Shown here: positions 9,405 to 21,678 of the stretch, in pieces | Layout: every line of letters starts with the position of its first letter | How positions within the stretch are numbered: position 1 is the first letter of the stretch | Assembly (NCBI GenBank): GCA_044376115.1 | Contig: JBILLK010000016.1 | Span: forward strand, 128,001-192,000 | Source: Polyangiaceae bacterium | GTDB taxonomy: Bacteria; Myxococcota_A; Polyangia; Polyangiales; Polyangiaceae | Length of the DNA stretch: 64,000 nt | Direction: 5' to 3' | The notes under the pieces: generated by a model | Database searches by the model: none | What the model was told of the DNA's origin: nothing | What the model saw: the letters and a program-made list of their open reading frames with translations, nothing else | Position numbers and translations under genes: made by a program

Positions 9405-11351
9405 GTGAACCTCTTCATGCAGCGCTCCGACACGACCGAGTTCCGAAAGCGATTTCGCTGGGTCGGCGTCGTGTTCTTTCTGGGGTTCATGGTGCTGATT
9501 GGGCGCTTGTTCCAGCTCCAGGTGCTGGAGGGGGATGAGTTCCACTCGATCGCCGTCGAGAACATCGTGCGCAGGGTCACGCTGGCCACCACCCGTGGGC
9601 GCATCGTTGACCGCTATGGCCGCATCCTCTCGGACAGCCGCGACTCGTACAACCTCTACGTCGTGCCGCAGAAGCTCGACATGGTGAGCACCTGGCCCAA
9701 ACTCGCGGGCCACTTGGGCCTGCAGGAAGAAGAGCGCATTCGGCTCGAGACGAAGCTGCTGCGCATTCGCGAGGACCCGGAAGATCCGCGCCGAGAACAG
9801 CAGATCCTGTTGAAGGAGGACATCTCGTGGGAGTCCTTCGTCATTCTCAACCAACAAGCGCAGGAGCTCCCGGGCGTCGCGGTGGTCGCGGTCCAGGTTC
9901 GCTACTACCCCTACGGCTCGGCTGGCGCGCACGTGCTCGGTTACATGGCCGAGGTCTCGGCGGAGACTCTGCCCAAGTTGAAGTCGGCCGGTTATCTGGA
10001 AGGCGACCGCTTGGGCGTCGCCGGCACGGAGCGAGCTTGGGAGAACTACCTGCGCGGCACCCGCGGCTGGGAGAAGGTGCTCGTGGACGCGCGCGGCCGC
10101 CGCAAGCGTGATGACCCGGGCAGTGTGATCGAGGCCTCCGAACAACGAACCGATCCGATCCCCGGCCGCGATTTGCGGCTCACGCTCGATGCTGAGCTGC
10201 AGGTCGCGATCGAAGCGGCCTTTCGCGGGGAGTTGGCCGGTGGCGTCGCTGTCGTCGAGGTGAAGACGGGCCGCATCATCGGGCTGCATTCCAAGCCCAG
10301 CTTCGACCCGGCCGCGCTCTCGGGCGCTTTTGGTCGCGTGGTGCTGCGCGACGCCTTCCGCAAACTCTACAATGACCCGCTCAAGCCTGCGCTCGACAAG
10401 ACCGTCAGCGGCTCCTACCCGCCTGGTTCGACGTTCAAGCCCTTCACTGCCTTGGCGGCGCTCGAAAAGGGCTTCGTGAGTGCGGCCGCGAGCGTTCAGT
10501 GTCGCGGCTTCACCAAGTTCGGACGCAAGACCTTCGGCTGCACCCACGTGCACGGCGCAACCAACCTGCATCGTGCGATCGGTCAGAGCTGCAACGTCTA
10601 CTTTTGGAGCTTGGTGACCCAGAACCAGGTCGGGATGGACGCGATCGCCGAGATGGGCCAGGAGTTTGGCTTCGGCCAGAAAACGGGGCTGGGCATCAAC
10701 TCCGAGGCCTCCGGTCGTATGCCCACCAAGGCCTGGATGACCTACCGCAACAAGGGCCGCTACGTGGAAGGCTTCGCGCTCAACGCAGCCATCGGGCAGG
10801 GCGCAACCACCGTGAGCGTGTTGCAGTTGGCCCTCGCTTATGCGGCTCTCGCTAACGGCGGAACGCTGCACCAACCGCAGCTCGTGCGCGCGGTGGAGAC
10901 CTCCAACGGCACCGTGGTGCAAGAGTTCTCGCCTCGTGTAAGGCGGCAGCTCAAGGTGGATTCGGAGCACCTTCGGCTCGTTCAGAAGGCGCTGGTTGCA
11001 GGTGTGAATGAAGAAGGTGGTACGGCCTTTCGCGCTCGTATCGAGGGCGTCGATCTAGCCGGCAAGACCGGCACCGCGCAGGTCGGCCACAAGCTCGTGC
11101 GCGGTATCGAGGCTGAGCGCGTCGACTACTTCAACCGCGATCACGCTTGGTTCGCGGGCTACTCGCCGTCCAACTCGCCAGAGGTAGCGATCGTCGTGCT
11201 GGTCGAGCACGGCGGCGCTGGTGGTCGCCACGCCGCTCCCATCGCCTTCCGCGTGATTCGAGCGATGAACGAGAATGCGGCTGCGCGCGCCGGTAAGGCC
11301 AAGGACCGTACGCCTGCGGGGCGCCCGAATGACAAGGGGAGGGCACCATGA
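9405..11351 (+). CDS. mrdA: Penicillin-binding protein 2
   Basis: RGRIVDR, YPPGSTFK (SxxK), SCN (SxN), KTGTAQ, HAWF. Confidence 0.96.
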   Translation: MNLFMQRSDTTEFRKRFRWVGVVFFLGFMVLIGRLFQLQVLEGDEFHSIAVENIVRRVTLATTRGRIVDRYGRILSDSRDSYNLYVVPQKLDMVSTWPKLAGHLGLQEEERIRLETKLLRIREDPEDPRREQQILLKEDISWESFVILNQQAQELPGVAVVAVQVRYYPYGSAGAHVLGYMAEVSAETLPKLKSAGYLEGDRLGVAGTERAWENYLRGTRGWEKVLVDARGRRKRDDPGSVIEASEQRTDPIPGRDLRLTLDAELQVAIEAAFRGELAGGVAVVEVKTGRIIGLHSKPSFDPAALSGAFGRVVLRDAFRKLYNDPLKPALDKTVSGSYPPGSTFKPFTALAALEKGFVSAAASVQCRGFTKFGRKTFGCTHVHGATNLHRAIGQSCNVYFWSLVTQNQVGMDAIAEMGQEFGFGQKTGLGINSEASGRMPTKAWMTYRNKGRYVEGFALNAAIGQGATTVSVLQLALAYAALANGGTLHQPQLVRAVETSNGTVVQEFSPRVRRQLKVDSEHLRLVQKALVAGVNEEGGTAFRARIEGVDLAGKTGTAQVGHKLVRGIEAERVDYFNRDHAWFAGYSPSNSPEVAIVVLVEHGGAGGRHAAPIAFRVIRAMNENAAARAGKAKDRTPAGRPNDKGRAP

Positions 11352-12469
11352 TTCGCCAAACCGAGGGGCTCTCCTCCCGCTTTGACTGGCCGCTGTTCAT
11401 CGCTGCGGCGCTGATCGCCTTGATCGGCGTGGTCAATCTCTACTCGGCCACCAGCGTCTACCAAGGTGGCATCGCCGACCGCTACGTGAGCCAGCTGTAT
11501 TGGCTCTTGGGCGCCGGCGTCGTTGGCGCGATCGTGTGCGCCTTCGACTACCGCCATATCGAGCGTTATGCGTACGTGATCTACGGCGTCGGCATCTTCG
11601 CGCTGATGATCGTGCTCGTACTGGCTCGCGATGTGCGCGGTTCTTCACGCTGGATTGAGTTCGGCTCGTTCAGGTTTCAGCCGAGTGAATTCACCAAGTT
11701 GTGCCTAATCATCGCGCTGGCCAAGTTCCTCCACGATGACCCAAAGAATGAAGGCCGGCGCCTGATTGATCTGGCGATCCCCGCCGTCATCACCTTGGTG
11801 CCGTTCATCCTGATCATGCGCCAGCCGGATCTCGGGACAGCGCTCGTGCACCTGTTCGTCTTCCTGACGGTATGCCTCGTAACCAAGGTCAGCCTCAAGA
11901 GCATCGCTGGCTTTGGTCTCACCGCCGGGCTTGGTGCCTACTTGGCGTATCACTTCGTTTTGCTCGACTACCAACGGACGCGCATCGAGGTGTTCCTGAA
12001 TCCCGAGGCCGACATTCTCGGCAAGGGCTGGCACGCGCATCACGCCAAGGTCGCCATCGGCAACGGTCAGGTGACCGGTAACGGCTACCTCAAGGGAATG
12101 CAGAACCAGTTCCACTTCATCCCCGACCAATCCACCGATTTCCCGTTCCCAGTCTTTGCTGAGGAATGGGGCTTCATCGGCGGCGTCGTACTGATCCTGC
12201 TCTACCTGTTTCTATGTCTGTGGTCGATCCGCATCGCGTCGCAGGCGCGCGACCGGTTCGGAGTGATTCTGGCCGTCGGCATCACGGCGATGATCTTCTG
12301 GCACGCGATCATCAACATCGGCATGACTGCCGGTGTACTGCCGGTCGTCGGCGTGACCTTACCGCTTTTCTCCTACGGTGGAAGTAGCGTGTCCAACAAC
12401 GTGCTTGGTCTTTCGCTGCTCATGAGCGTCTCGATGCGACGGAACATGGTCCGCCCGGATCGCTTCTGA
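11348..12469 (+). CDS. rodA: SEDS glycosyltransferase RodA
   Basis: FQPSEF, QPDLGT, TDF..AEEWG, LPLFSYGGSS. Confidence 0.96.
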   Translation: MIRQTEGLSSRFDWPLFIAAALIALIGVVNLYSATSVYQGGIADRYVSQLYWLLGAGVVGAIVCAFDYRHIERYAYVIYGVGIFALMIVLVLARDVRGSSRWIEFGSFRFQPSEFTKLCLIIALAKFLHDDPKNEGRRLIDLAIPAVITLVPFILIMRQPDLGTALVHLFVFLTVCLVTKVSLKSIAGFGLTAGLGAYLAYHFVLLDYQRTRIEVFLNPEADILGKGWHAHHAKVAIGNGQVTGNGYLKGMQNQFHFIPDQSTDFPFPVFAEEWGFIGGVVLILLYLFLCLWSIRIASQARDRFGVILAVGITAMIFWHAIINIGMTAGVLPVVGVTLPLFSYGGSSVSNNVLGLSLLMSVSMRRNMVRPDRF

Positions 12470-13349
12470 ACTCAGCACGGAGGCGGTCGGGCAGGGGGCT
12501 CGTCATCGCCAGCGCGATCGAAAGAATGGACAGCGCCATCAACACGAAGGCGAACACGCGCGTGATCGTCGACTCGTGAAAGCCACGTTTGCCGGTGAAC
12601 CAGCCAAAGACCACTCCCGCTGCGAGCCCTCCGAGATGGGCGCCGTTGTTGATGGAGAACCCAGCGTTGGCCGCGTTGACCATGAAGCCAAACATCACCG
12701 CGTAGGCGACTCCGCGCCAAGCGAAGCTCTTCCAGCGCGGGTCTTTGCGGCGAAGTAACACGCCGAGAATCAGCCCGAGCAAGCCGAAGATCCCCCCGCT
12801 CGCACCCATGGTCTGCACCGGCGGCCAATGAAAGAGCTTCACCGTCGCTACGTTGACCGCAAAGCCGAACGCGCCGGACAGCACGAACGCGACGATCACC
12901 CGATAGGGGCCGACGAAGCGGCCACCCATACGAATCAGGTCACCGAGCCCCAACATGTTCATGCCGAAGTGAACCAGGCCGTAGTGCGCAAACACGGCAG
13001 AAACCAAGCGCAGCGGCTCTTGCGACACGATGCTGGTGGAGAACGCCCCAAGCTTGAAGGCGTTCACGGTGCCGCCCGCGGAGAACAACGGAAAGCCAAA
13101 GCCGCTGCGCAACGAAAGCATCACCTGCAAACCAAACACGACCGAACAAAGCCCGCCGATGAAGAGCAAGGCGAAGTGGGCGGCCTCTCGCTCCTCGGTC
13201 TCGTCGGCATCGCGCGGTGCCCCGCTGCGGCCTACCTTGGCTCTTTGGGTGGGGGCATTGGCACCAATCGCCGCGCCACATCGAATACAACGGTCGAAGG
13301 CTGCGTCATTCAAGGCGCCGCAAGCGCAGCGAACCTCAGGCAAACTCAT
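12420..13349 (-). CDS. Rhomboid intramembrane serine protease with an N-terminal Zn-ribbon
   Basis: HFGMNM, GASG, AHLGG; N-terminal CAC...CIRC. Confidence 0.88.
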   Translation of the reverse strand: MSLPEVRCACGALNDAAFDRCIRCGAAIGANAPTQRAKVGRSGAPRDADETEEREAAHFALLFIGGLCSVVFGLQVMLSLRSGFGFPLFSAGGTVNAFKLGAFSTSIVSQEPLRLVSAVFAHYGLVHFGMNMLGLGDLIRMGGRFVGPYRVIVAFVLSGAFGFAVNVATVKLFHWPPVQTMGASGGIFGLLGLILGVLLRRKDPRWKSFAWRGVAYAVMFGFMVNAANAGFSINNGAHLGGLAAGVVFGWFTGKRGFHESTITRVFAFVLMALSILSIALAMTSPLPDRLRAEFRSDPGGPCSVASRRS

Positions 13350-13609
13350 GCGGCTGTGTAGCACCGCTCGCGCTCGTTGGGGCCCGGGGGTTGTCAGCCG
13401 GCCGCGATCAAGTGAGTGCGACGAGCGTAAGGTTGCGCCCGGGCGCCCGTTCTTGGGAGGTGACGTACGAACTGCCCCATTCGGCTCGCGCGGCGAGAGA
13501 CTGGTCGAAAGGCCAGCCGAGCGCCCGTGTCGTTGCGGGGCGGCCTCGGCGAGTTGGCCGCAGCCACCCGCGGTTGGCTGTTTTTGAGCAAGCGGCGCTG
13601 CGGGCGGCT

Positions 13610-14239
13610 ATGGTGCCTTTCGTGGTTTCGCCCCGCCTTCCGCCCGAGGACGAACGTCGCCTTTGCGAGGCGGCAAAGTCCGGAGATCGCACGGCGCTTG
13701 GCGTGCTGTTGCGAAACTACGGGCCGATCCTCTATCGCGCCGTGTTGCTGCCGAGGCTCGGTAGTGAGGCGGTTGCACAGGACGCTTTGGCCGAGACCTA
13801 CGCTCGCGTGGTGGAGCGGTTCTCTCAGTTCACCTGGCAGGATTGCGGCGTTTATCCTTGGTTGCGCGTGGTCGCTCTGCGCATCGCACTCGATATCCTG
13901 CGCTCCAAGAAGCGGGAGACCCTGTTCCAGCCAGAGGATCTTGCGCGTGAAATCGAGCGCTCGGAGTCGGGCATGGCCAGCTCTCCCGACGTCGAGGTGT
14001 TGGCAGCGCGCGACCTCGAATCGTCGAAGGCTCGCGTCGAGGCGGCCCTCAGCAAGCTAAACCCTCGCTACGAACGGGCGATTCGAATGCGCGTGATCGA
14101 GGAGCGCCCGCGTGAAGAGGTTGCGCGCGAGCTTGGCGTTTCAGTGAGTACGTTCGACGTGGTGTTGCACCGCGCGCTCACGGCCCTCAAGAAGGCTGTA
14201 GCCGTAGATGCAGCGCCCGGAGAGGAGGCCAGTTCATGA
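13610..14239 (+). CDS. ECF RNA polymerase sigma factor
   Basis: Region 2 AQDALAETY..WLRVVALRIALD; region 4 REEVARELGVSVST..LHRA; start chosen at ATG 13610. Confidence 0.88.
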   Translation: MVPFVVSPRLPPEDERRLCEAAKSGDRTALGVLLRNYGPILYRAVLLPRLGSEAVAQDALAETYARVVERFSQFTWQDCGVYPWLRVVALRIALDILRSKKRETLFQPEDLAREIERSESGMASSPDVEVLAARDLESSKARVEAALSKLNPRYERAIRMRVIEERPREEVARELGVSVSTFDVVLHRALTALKKAVAVDAAPGEEASS

Positions 14240-14931
14240 GCGCCCGAGACAACGACGAAAGCCCGCAATTCGATGAGCAGGCCGAGGCCCTCGAGGCCGA
14301 GCTTGCCGAGAGCGCAGGCGATGATGGTGCCCTGATCGAAGCGCTTGCGCTGGCTCTGCGTCCCACAGAATTGTCGGCCGCCGTACACGACGAAATCCTC
14401 GCGCGCGTCCTGGCCGAGCCGAAGGCTCTCACTTCGCCGGAGCTAGCTGCGCTGCCGGAGCCCGACGCCAGCCCGCAGGAACAGCGTGAGGCCGTACGCC
14501 TGCGCGAAGCGCTCGCCGGCGCTGATGAGACGCACCCGCTGGTCGTGCTCGCGGAGGCCACACGCAACGCCGCGCGGCCGCGTTCAATCGCTGCAGCGCA
14601 AAGCGAAGCGCGGCTGAAAGCAGCGCTCAAAGCTCCCTCGAAGGTGGTCTTCCTGCGCGCCGTCACGGTCGTCACGGTGCTCAGCGCCGCAGCCGCTGCG
14701 GCCTTGCTCTACTTCGCCAAAGCTCCGGTCGCTCCGCCCGAGGCCACGTTCGTTGCGCCCTCCGCCGCCGAGTTCCTCCCCGGGATGGCGGAATCGCGTT
14801 CCACCGCGCCGCTGTTCGCTCCCGAGGATTTCCCGCGTGAGGGAGGTCAGAGCGCGCGCATCGATCGCATTCGCAGCGCCCGCGAGGTCGATCTCAGGCA
14901 AAACCGCTTCGTCGCTTGGGGGGTGCCATGA
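14236..14931 (+). CDS. Putative anti-sigma factor (single TM)
   Basis: ATGA-coupled to the ECF sigma; one hydrophobic helix AVTVVTVLSAAAAAALLYFA. Confidence 0.55.
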   Translation: MSARDNDESPQFDEQAEALEAELAESAGDDGALIEALALALRPTELSAAVHDEILARVLAEPKALTSPELAALPEPDASPQEQREAVRLREALAGADETHPLVVLAEATRNAARPRSIAAAQSEARLKAALKAPSKVVFLRAVTVVTVLSAAAAAALLYFAKAPVAPPEATFVAPSAAEFLPGMAESRSTAPLFAPEDFPREGGQSARIDRIRSAREVDLRQNRFVAWGVP

Positions 14932-15524
14932 AAGGCTCTTCAATCGCGCTGTTGGTCTCCGCTTGTTTGCTCTGGGGTTGCGCAGACCAGCGTGAAACCC
15001 CTCGTGGTCGGACTTCTGCGGCGGCCTCGGCCAACAGCGAAAAGAGTGGCCGTGCGGCTGTATCGGAGGACCTGATGGCCTTCCTTTCCAAGGCCCGCGC
15101 AGCTCATCACAAAGCCGATCTGCAGGAAGCGAAGGAAGATCTTCCGGGAGCGATTGTAGCGGTTCGCACCATTGTCGCAGGGCCCCGCCCGAAGACAGGG
15201 CCCGAGCTACGTGAGGTGTTGGCGGACGCCCATGCGCGGCTCGCCGATCTCGAGAGCCGTGTCGGCAACTTCGATAAGGCCTTGGAGGAGGTCGCGAGCG
15301 GCCTCGAGCAAGCCCAGGAAATCACGCACTATCGCGGCCATTTGTTCGAGACCAAGGGGCTCGTGCATGAGCGCAGAATGGCCGCTTACAGCGAAGCTGG
15401 CAGCAAGGACAAAGCGGCCACGGAGCGTGAGGCAGCCTTGGTGGCCTTTGAGCAAGCGATCGCCATTCAGGATGAGGTGATCAAAACGTTGCTCCCGCCG
15501 CCTGCTCCCTCGGCCGCGCCGTGA
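14928..15524 (+). CDS. TPR-like lipoprotein
   Basis: Lipobox LLWGC; helical TPR-like pattern; ATGA overlap. Confidence 0.6.
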   Translation: MKGSSIALLVSACLLWGCADQRETPRGRTSAAASANSEKSGRAAVSEDLMAFLSKARAAHHKADLQEAKEDLPGAIVAVRTIVAGPRPKTGPELREVLADAHARLADLESRVGNFDKALEEVASGLEQAQEITHYRGHLFETKGLVHERRMAAYSEAGSKDKAATEREAALVAFEQAIAIQDEVIKTLLPPPAPSAAP

Positions 15525-15612
15525 GTCGCCGACTCAACGCCAAAGAGTAGCCTTTGAGGAGCGGGGTGTTAGCATCACCGCTTACCCTCGCTACGAAGGG
15601 CGCTCCCGCTTA

Positions 15613-17994
15613 ATGGCTCGGCTGTTCCGCCTCATCCCAGACGTCGACTACAAGAAACTGCCGCTCAACCCGGTGGAAGGCACTGTCTTCCTCAAGATTG
15701 ATGGGCAGTTGGCAGAACCGGAGATTGCCAAGGCGACGGGGTTTCACGCCGAGACTGTGCAAAAGGCGCTCGACCGTTTGGTTGAACTCGGCGCCATCGC
15801 GCTCGTCGACAAGGCGAAGGACCAAGCCGACCGAACGGTGAAAATGGCTACCGGCCTCGCGCTCGGTGGCAATCTCGGTAAAGGCGAACGTTACGACGCC
15901 AAACTGTTGGCGGAGGACATCGAGCTCGAGCTCGAGCGAAAAAAAGTCATCCTCGATGCCGCTGCGCGGCTCGAGAAGCTCAACTTCTACGAGCTGCTCG
16001 GGCTCCACCGCCTGGTCGACAAGAAGGAAGTGAAGGCAGCCTATTACGCCGTCGCTCCCGAGTTTCACCCAGACAAATTCTTCAAGCGCAAGCTCGGCAG
16101 TTACAAGTCGAAGATCGAGGCGATCTTCGCGCGGCTCACGCTCGCTCACGACACACTCTCCTCCTCACAGCGCCGCGCTGAGTACGACGAGTACCTCGCG
16201 ACGCTAGAGCAGGGTCGCCGCGCCGAGTCGCTGATGGACTCGTCGCACGATGCCATTCGCGAGGCCCAGGCGCTGATCGAGGCCGAGGCAAAGCGCGTAG
16301 CCGACGCCGCCGAGAAGGCGCAAAAAGACAAGGACCTGAGCGATCGCAAGCGCGCGTTGGCTGCGAAGCTTGGGCCGCGCGCCGGCGCAAAACCGAGCGG
16401 ACCTTCCGCGACCAATATCCCGCAGATGGATCCGCGCGCGGCGGCCGAGGCGTTGCGCGTGCGCTACGAATACGCCAAGGAACAAGCCGCCAAAGTGCAG
16501 CTCGAGTCCAGCTTGGAGAAAGGCCGGCTCGCTGCAGTCCAAGGGGATTGGGCGGGCGCGGCGAACTTGTTCCGCATTGCCGCGACCCTCGCGCCTTCGA
16601 ACCCCGACGTGCAACGAGAGGCCACTCAGGTCCTCACCCAAGCGGCTGTTCATCTCGCCGAGACCTTCGCCAAGCTCGGTGAGTTCGAGCTGCAGCAAGA
16701 GCGCTGGTTCGAGGCTGCCGCAAACCTGCTGAAGGCGTGCGCGGGCCGTCCCGATGAGGCGCGCCTTCATGAGCGTGCCGCCTACGCGGCCTTCAAGGAA
16801 GGCTCCAACCCAAAGCGAGCCGCAGAGTTGGCGAGGCGCGCCGTGGAGCTTTCGCCTCGGACGCCGCAGTTCCGCGTTACGTTGGCATACGCGTACGCGG
16901 CGGGCGGGCTCGCACAAAGCGCGAAGAACGAGCTGGACCGTGCGCTCGAGATCGCGCCCAAGAACGAGGCGGTAATGGAGTTGGTGAGCGCTGGGCGAGA
17001 GCTCGTCGCGGGCCTTCTTTCACGAGCTGGCGAAAAGCAGGCGAAGGCCTCGGAGCCAACGGCTCCCACCCCGCCAACCCCTGCGACGGGGCTGCCCGCC
17101 TTCCTCCCCCCGGTTGCATTGAACGCTGCTGCTCCACAGCCGGGCTATCCCGCGCCACCTCAAGCTTCTCCGTACGCTGCCCAAGCGGGCGCATACGCTC
17201 AGGCGCCCGCTGGCTACCCAGCTGCCGCAACTCATACGCAGCCGGCGCATGCGGCCCAACCAAACGCGTCGGCGGGTTACAATGCCGCACCAACGCAAGG
17301 CGGCGGGCAGTTCAACCAGTCCCACCCGTCCTCCGGTTACCCACAGCAACAGCCGCAAGCGATGCAGCACGCGAATTACGCGCAACCTGCCGGTGGGCAA
17401 TACTCGCAACCCACCTACCCGCAGCAGTTCGCCCAGTACCCGCAGCAGGCCTACCAAGCGAACCCCGGCTTCAATGCCGCTCAACCGGCGCAGCAGGCTC
17501 AACCTCAACAGACGCAGCAGGCTCAACCTCAACAGACGCAGCAGGCTCAACCTCAACAGGCTCAGCCCTACAATCAGGCTCAGCCCTACAATCAGGCGTA
17601 TCCAGCGCAGCAGGTGCAGGGAAACTACGGGCAGCCAACGGCCGCGTACACCTATCGACCAGGGCCGTACCCGGCGCACCCCACAGCGCAAGGTCAAGCA
17701 ATGCAACCGGCTCAGGGCTATGGCGCCGGGCCTTCGTATGGGCCCGGCTATGCCGCTGGGCCTTCGGGCTACGGAGGCATGGTGCCGGGACACGCCCCGC
17801 AAACGAATCTGCAGCAACCCTCCCCAACGTTTGGGCCCGCTCCGAGTGCATCGTCGCCACCACCTGCCCCTCAACCCGCGCCCGAGCCGCCGCCTGAGCA
17901 GATCCCGAGCCCAATGACCCCGGCTAAGACCAGCCCACCCGCCGGAAGGCCCTCCGGCGCGTACAGCGTGGTGCCAGAACCTCGGAAGAAATAG
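15613..17994 (+). CDS. J-domain (DnaJ-like) protein with an N-terminal winged-helix-like module, TPRs and a Q/P/Y/G-rich tail
   Basis: NFYELLGL..EVKAAY..FHPDKF..RRAEYD; TPR-like helices; low-complexity C-terminus. Confidence 0.88.
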   Translation: MARLFRLIPDVDYKKLPLNPVEGTVFLKIDGQLAEPEIAKATGFHAETVQKALDRLVELGAIALVDKAKDQADRTVKMATGLALGGNLGKGERYDAKLLAEDIELELERKKVILDAAARLEKLNFYELLGLHRLVDKKEVKAAYYAVAPEFHPDKFFKRKLGSYKSKIEAIFARLTLAHDTLSSSQRRAEYDEYLATLEQGRRAESLMDSSHDAIREAQALIEAEAKRVADAAEKAQKDKDLSDRKRALAAKLGPRAGAKPSGPSATNIPQMDPRAAAEALRVRYEYAKEQAAKVQLESSLEKGRLAAVQGDWAGAANLFRIAATLAPSNPDVQREATQVLTQAAVHLAETFAKLGEFELQQERWFEAAANLLKACAGRPDEARLHERAAYAAFKEGSNPKRAAELARRAVELSPRTPQFRVTLAYAYAAGGLAQSAKNELDRALEIAPKNEAVMELVSAGRELVAGLLSRAGEKQAKASEPTAPTPPTPATGLPAFLPPVALNAAAPQPGYPAPPQASPYAAQAGAYAQAPAGYPAAATHTQPAHAAQPNASAGYNAAPTQGGGQFNQSHPSSGYPQQQPQAMQHANYAQPAGGQYSQPTYPQQFAQYPQQAYQANPGFNAAQPAQQAQPQQTQQAQPQQTQQAQPQQAQPYNQAQPYNQAYPAQQVQGNYGQPTAAYTYRPGPYPAHPTAQGQAMQPAQGYGAGPSYGPGYAAGPSGYGGMVPGHAPQTNLQQPSPTFGPAPSASSPPPAPQPAPEPPPEQIPSPMTPAKTSPPAGRPSGAYSVVPEPRKK
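17490..17592 (+). repeat. Coding tandem repeats: 24-bp x~3 (QQAQPQQT) then 18-bp x2 (QAQPYN)
   Basis: GCAGCAGGCTCAACCTCAACAGAC and CAGGCTCAGCCCTACAAT units. Confidence 0.9.
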
Positions 17995-18244
17995 GCGTTG
18001 GTGTCACCAGAGCGAGTCAAGTTTCTGCCCTCGTTTGAGCGTGGCCGTAGTCACTTCACCAAAGGCGATGCAGCAATCCGTCTGGTGATTTGCAAAACTC
18101 TCGCCTTGCCTCCCAAACCCGTGTGATGCTTCGCGCGAGCGGTCAACCAACGCTCGCTGCTTAACAAGTCGCCAGTTGCCCCTGGCGACCGATCCGCCAG
18201 TCGCTCGTTAGTCGCGCAGAAGCGCGCAAACTCAGAGGAAATCG

Positions 18245-20071
<1,827 letters not shown>

Positions 20072-20088
20072 TTCCAGGACGCACAGGA

Positions 20089-21678
20089 TTGCAAGTGGCT
20101 GCGGACGAGGACGAGGACGTTGATTCAGGATGGGAGATGCCCGTTGCGCCATCGCCAGCGGAGCCGCCTAGCGTCGATTCGCAGCCCTCCGCCCTGAAAA
20201 CAGCGGAGCCGCAGCCTGTCGAGGAGCCTCCTCCGTCGCAGACCGCTGTTCAAACGGTGCGACCAGCCGCTCCCAGCACGTTGTCCGTGGAGAAGATTCC
20301 GCGGCCTCCTCCGACGCTTCGGGCCGACGTCCCAAGAATGCGTGCCGCTCTCTCGGTCCCTCGCCCTGCCGAGCCACCGCTGCCAACTATGCGCCAGCTC
20401 GATAACGCGGCGCTCGACGCGGAAGATGAGCCCTCGCCGCTCACGCGCCGTGCGCAAGAGCACGAGTTGCCTTTGCTGCTCGAGTCGGAAAGCGGCACTC
20501 GTCCGGCTCTTGGGCCTAGTGCCAATTTCGACGAGCTGGTCACCGGACGTGAGCTCAACCGCTCCATCACCCCGGTTCACGGAAACGCCGCCACGCTCGC
20601 ACGCAAGCTCGACGCAGGCGTGCACACGCGCCCAACCCCTCCGGCGCGTGCAAGCGTCAACCCACCGCCAGCGACCCCTCTTCCTCCGGCAGGTCCAGCG
20701 TTGCGCTTCTCATCTGAGGGGCTCGACATGGCACGCAAGCGAGGGCGCGCCGAAACGAAGGTCAACCTGTCGTTGGCGGAGCTGGCAAAAGCCAACTTGT
20801 CGGACCCTGCGCTCGACCTCCATCTCGAGGACTTCGATCTCGCGGCCAAGCCAGCTTCGACGCCACCCATCGATGAGCTCGATGACCTACCGATCTCCGA
20901 AATGATCGAGTCGGCGAGGCCGTCTTCCATCCCTCGACGAAGCTCGTTTCCGATGCCGTTCATCGAGTCGAAGCTGCCGCCGACGGCAAAACCCGTTGCG
21001 CAGGAAACAGCGCCGCAAGCAGCTGTTGCGCCGTCGCTCGACGCCGATGACGAGCTCGATCCTTTCGACCAGATCGGTCGCCCGACGCTGCCGGTCGCCT
21101 TGACCGATACCGAGGTTTCGTTCGGTGACGAGGTTGGGCTTTCGGAGGAGGAAGAGGCGGCCTTGAACGAGGAGTTTTCCCTCGATTCGGTGGGAGCCGT
21201 TTCCATGGCGGCCGACTCTTTGGCGGTCACCGCGGAAGCTCCAGCAGCTGCGGCTTTGGCCGCTTTGCTGGCTATCGAGGCCGCACCCGACTCGGTAAAG
21301 CTCGAGGCGTTGCGCCTACGTTTCGAGAAGGGCGACTTTACCGGTGTGTTGATGCGCGCCGAGGGGTTGCTCGAGACGCATCCGGATTGCACGCCCGCGC
21401 GGCGGCTCGTGGAAGCGTGTCAGGAGCGCCTCAAGGAGACTTATAAATCGCGGTTGGGTAGCGGCTCCGAGGTCCTGCGCGTGATGATGCGGCCCGACGA
21501 GATCCAGGGGCTCTCGCTCGACCATCGCGCGGGCTTCCTGATGTCGCTATGCGACGGCGTATCGACATTGGATGAGATTGTCGACATGTCCGGTATGGCC
21601 GAGCTGGACGTCTTGCGTCTGCTGTTTGAGATGCGCGAACAAGGCGTCGTAGCGATTGCCGGCACCAACGGTCGATGA
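20089..21678 (+). CDS. Hypothetical protein: Pro/acidic disordered region plus a C-terminal winged-helix-like domain
   Basis: Long ORF filling the gap between dnaK and the M1 peptidase; C-terminal LSLDHRAGFL..DG..LDEI..SGM. Confidence 0.7.
   Translation: MQVAADEDEDVDSGWEMPVAPSPAEPPSVDSQPSALKTAEPQPVEEPPPSQTAVQTVRPAAPSTLSVEKIPRPPPTLRADVPRMRAALSVPRPAEPPLPTMRQLDNAALDAEDEPSPLTRRAQEHELPLLLESESGTRPALGPSANFDELVTGRELNRSITPVHGNAATLARKLDAGVHTRPTPPARASVNPPPATPLPPAGPALRFSSEGLDMARKRGRAETKVNLSLAELAKANLSDPALDLHLEDFDLAAKPASTPPIDELDDLPISEMIESARPSSIPRRSSFPMPFIESKLPPTAKPVAQETAPQAAVAPSLDADDELDPFDQIGRPTLPVALTDTEVSFGDEVGLSEEEEAALNEEFSLDSVGAVSMAADSLAVTAEAPAAAALAALLAIEAAPDSVKLEALRLRFEKGDFTGVLMRAEGLLETHPDCTPARRLVEACQERLKETYKSRLGSGSEVLRVMMRPDEIQGLSLDHRAGFLMSLCDGVSTLDEIVDMSGMAELDVLRLLFEMREQGVVAIAGTNGR

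Noticed and set aside
9399..10970. Long antisense ORFs (also 19007-20152 and 43094-44614)
   Set aside because: Shadow ORFs opposite well-supported genes, expected in high-GC DNA
17995..18244. CIRCE element upstream of dnaK
   Set aside because: No TTAGCACTC-N9-GAGTGCTAA here or before the J-domain gene
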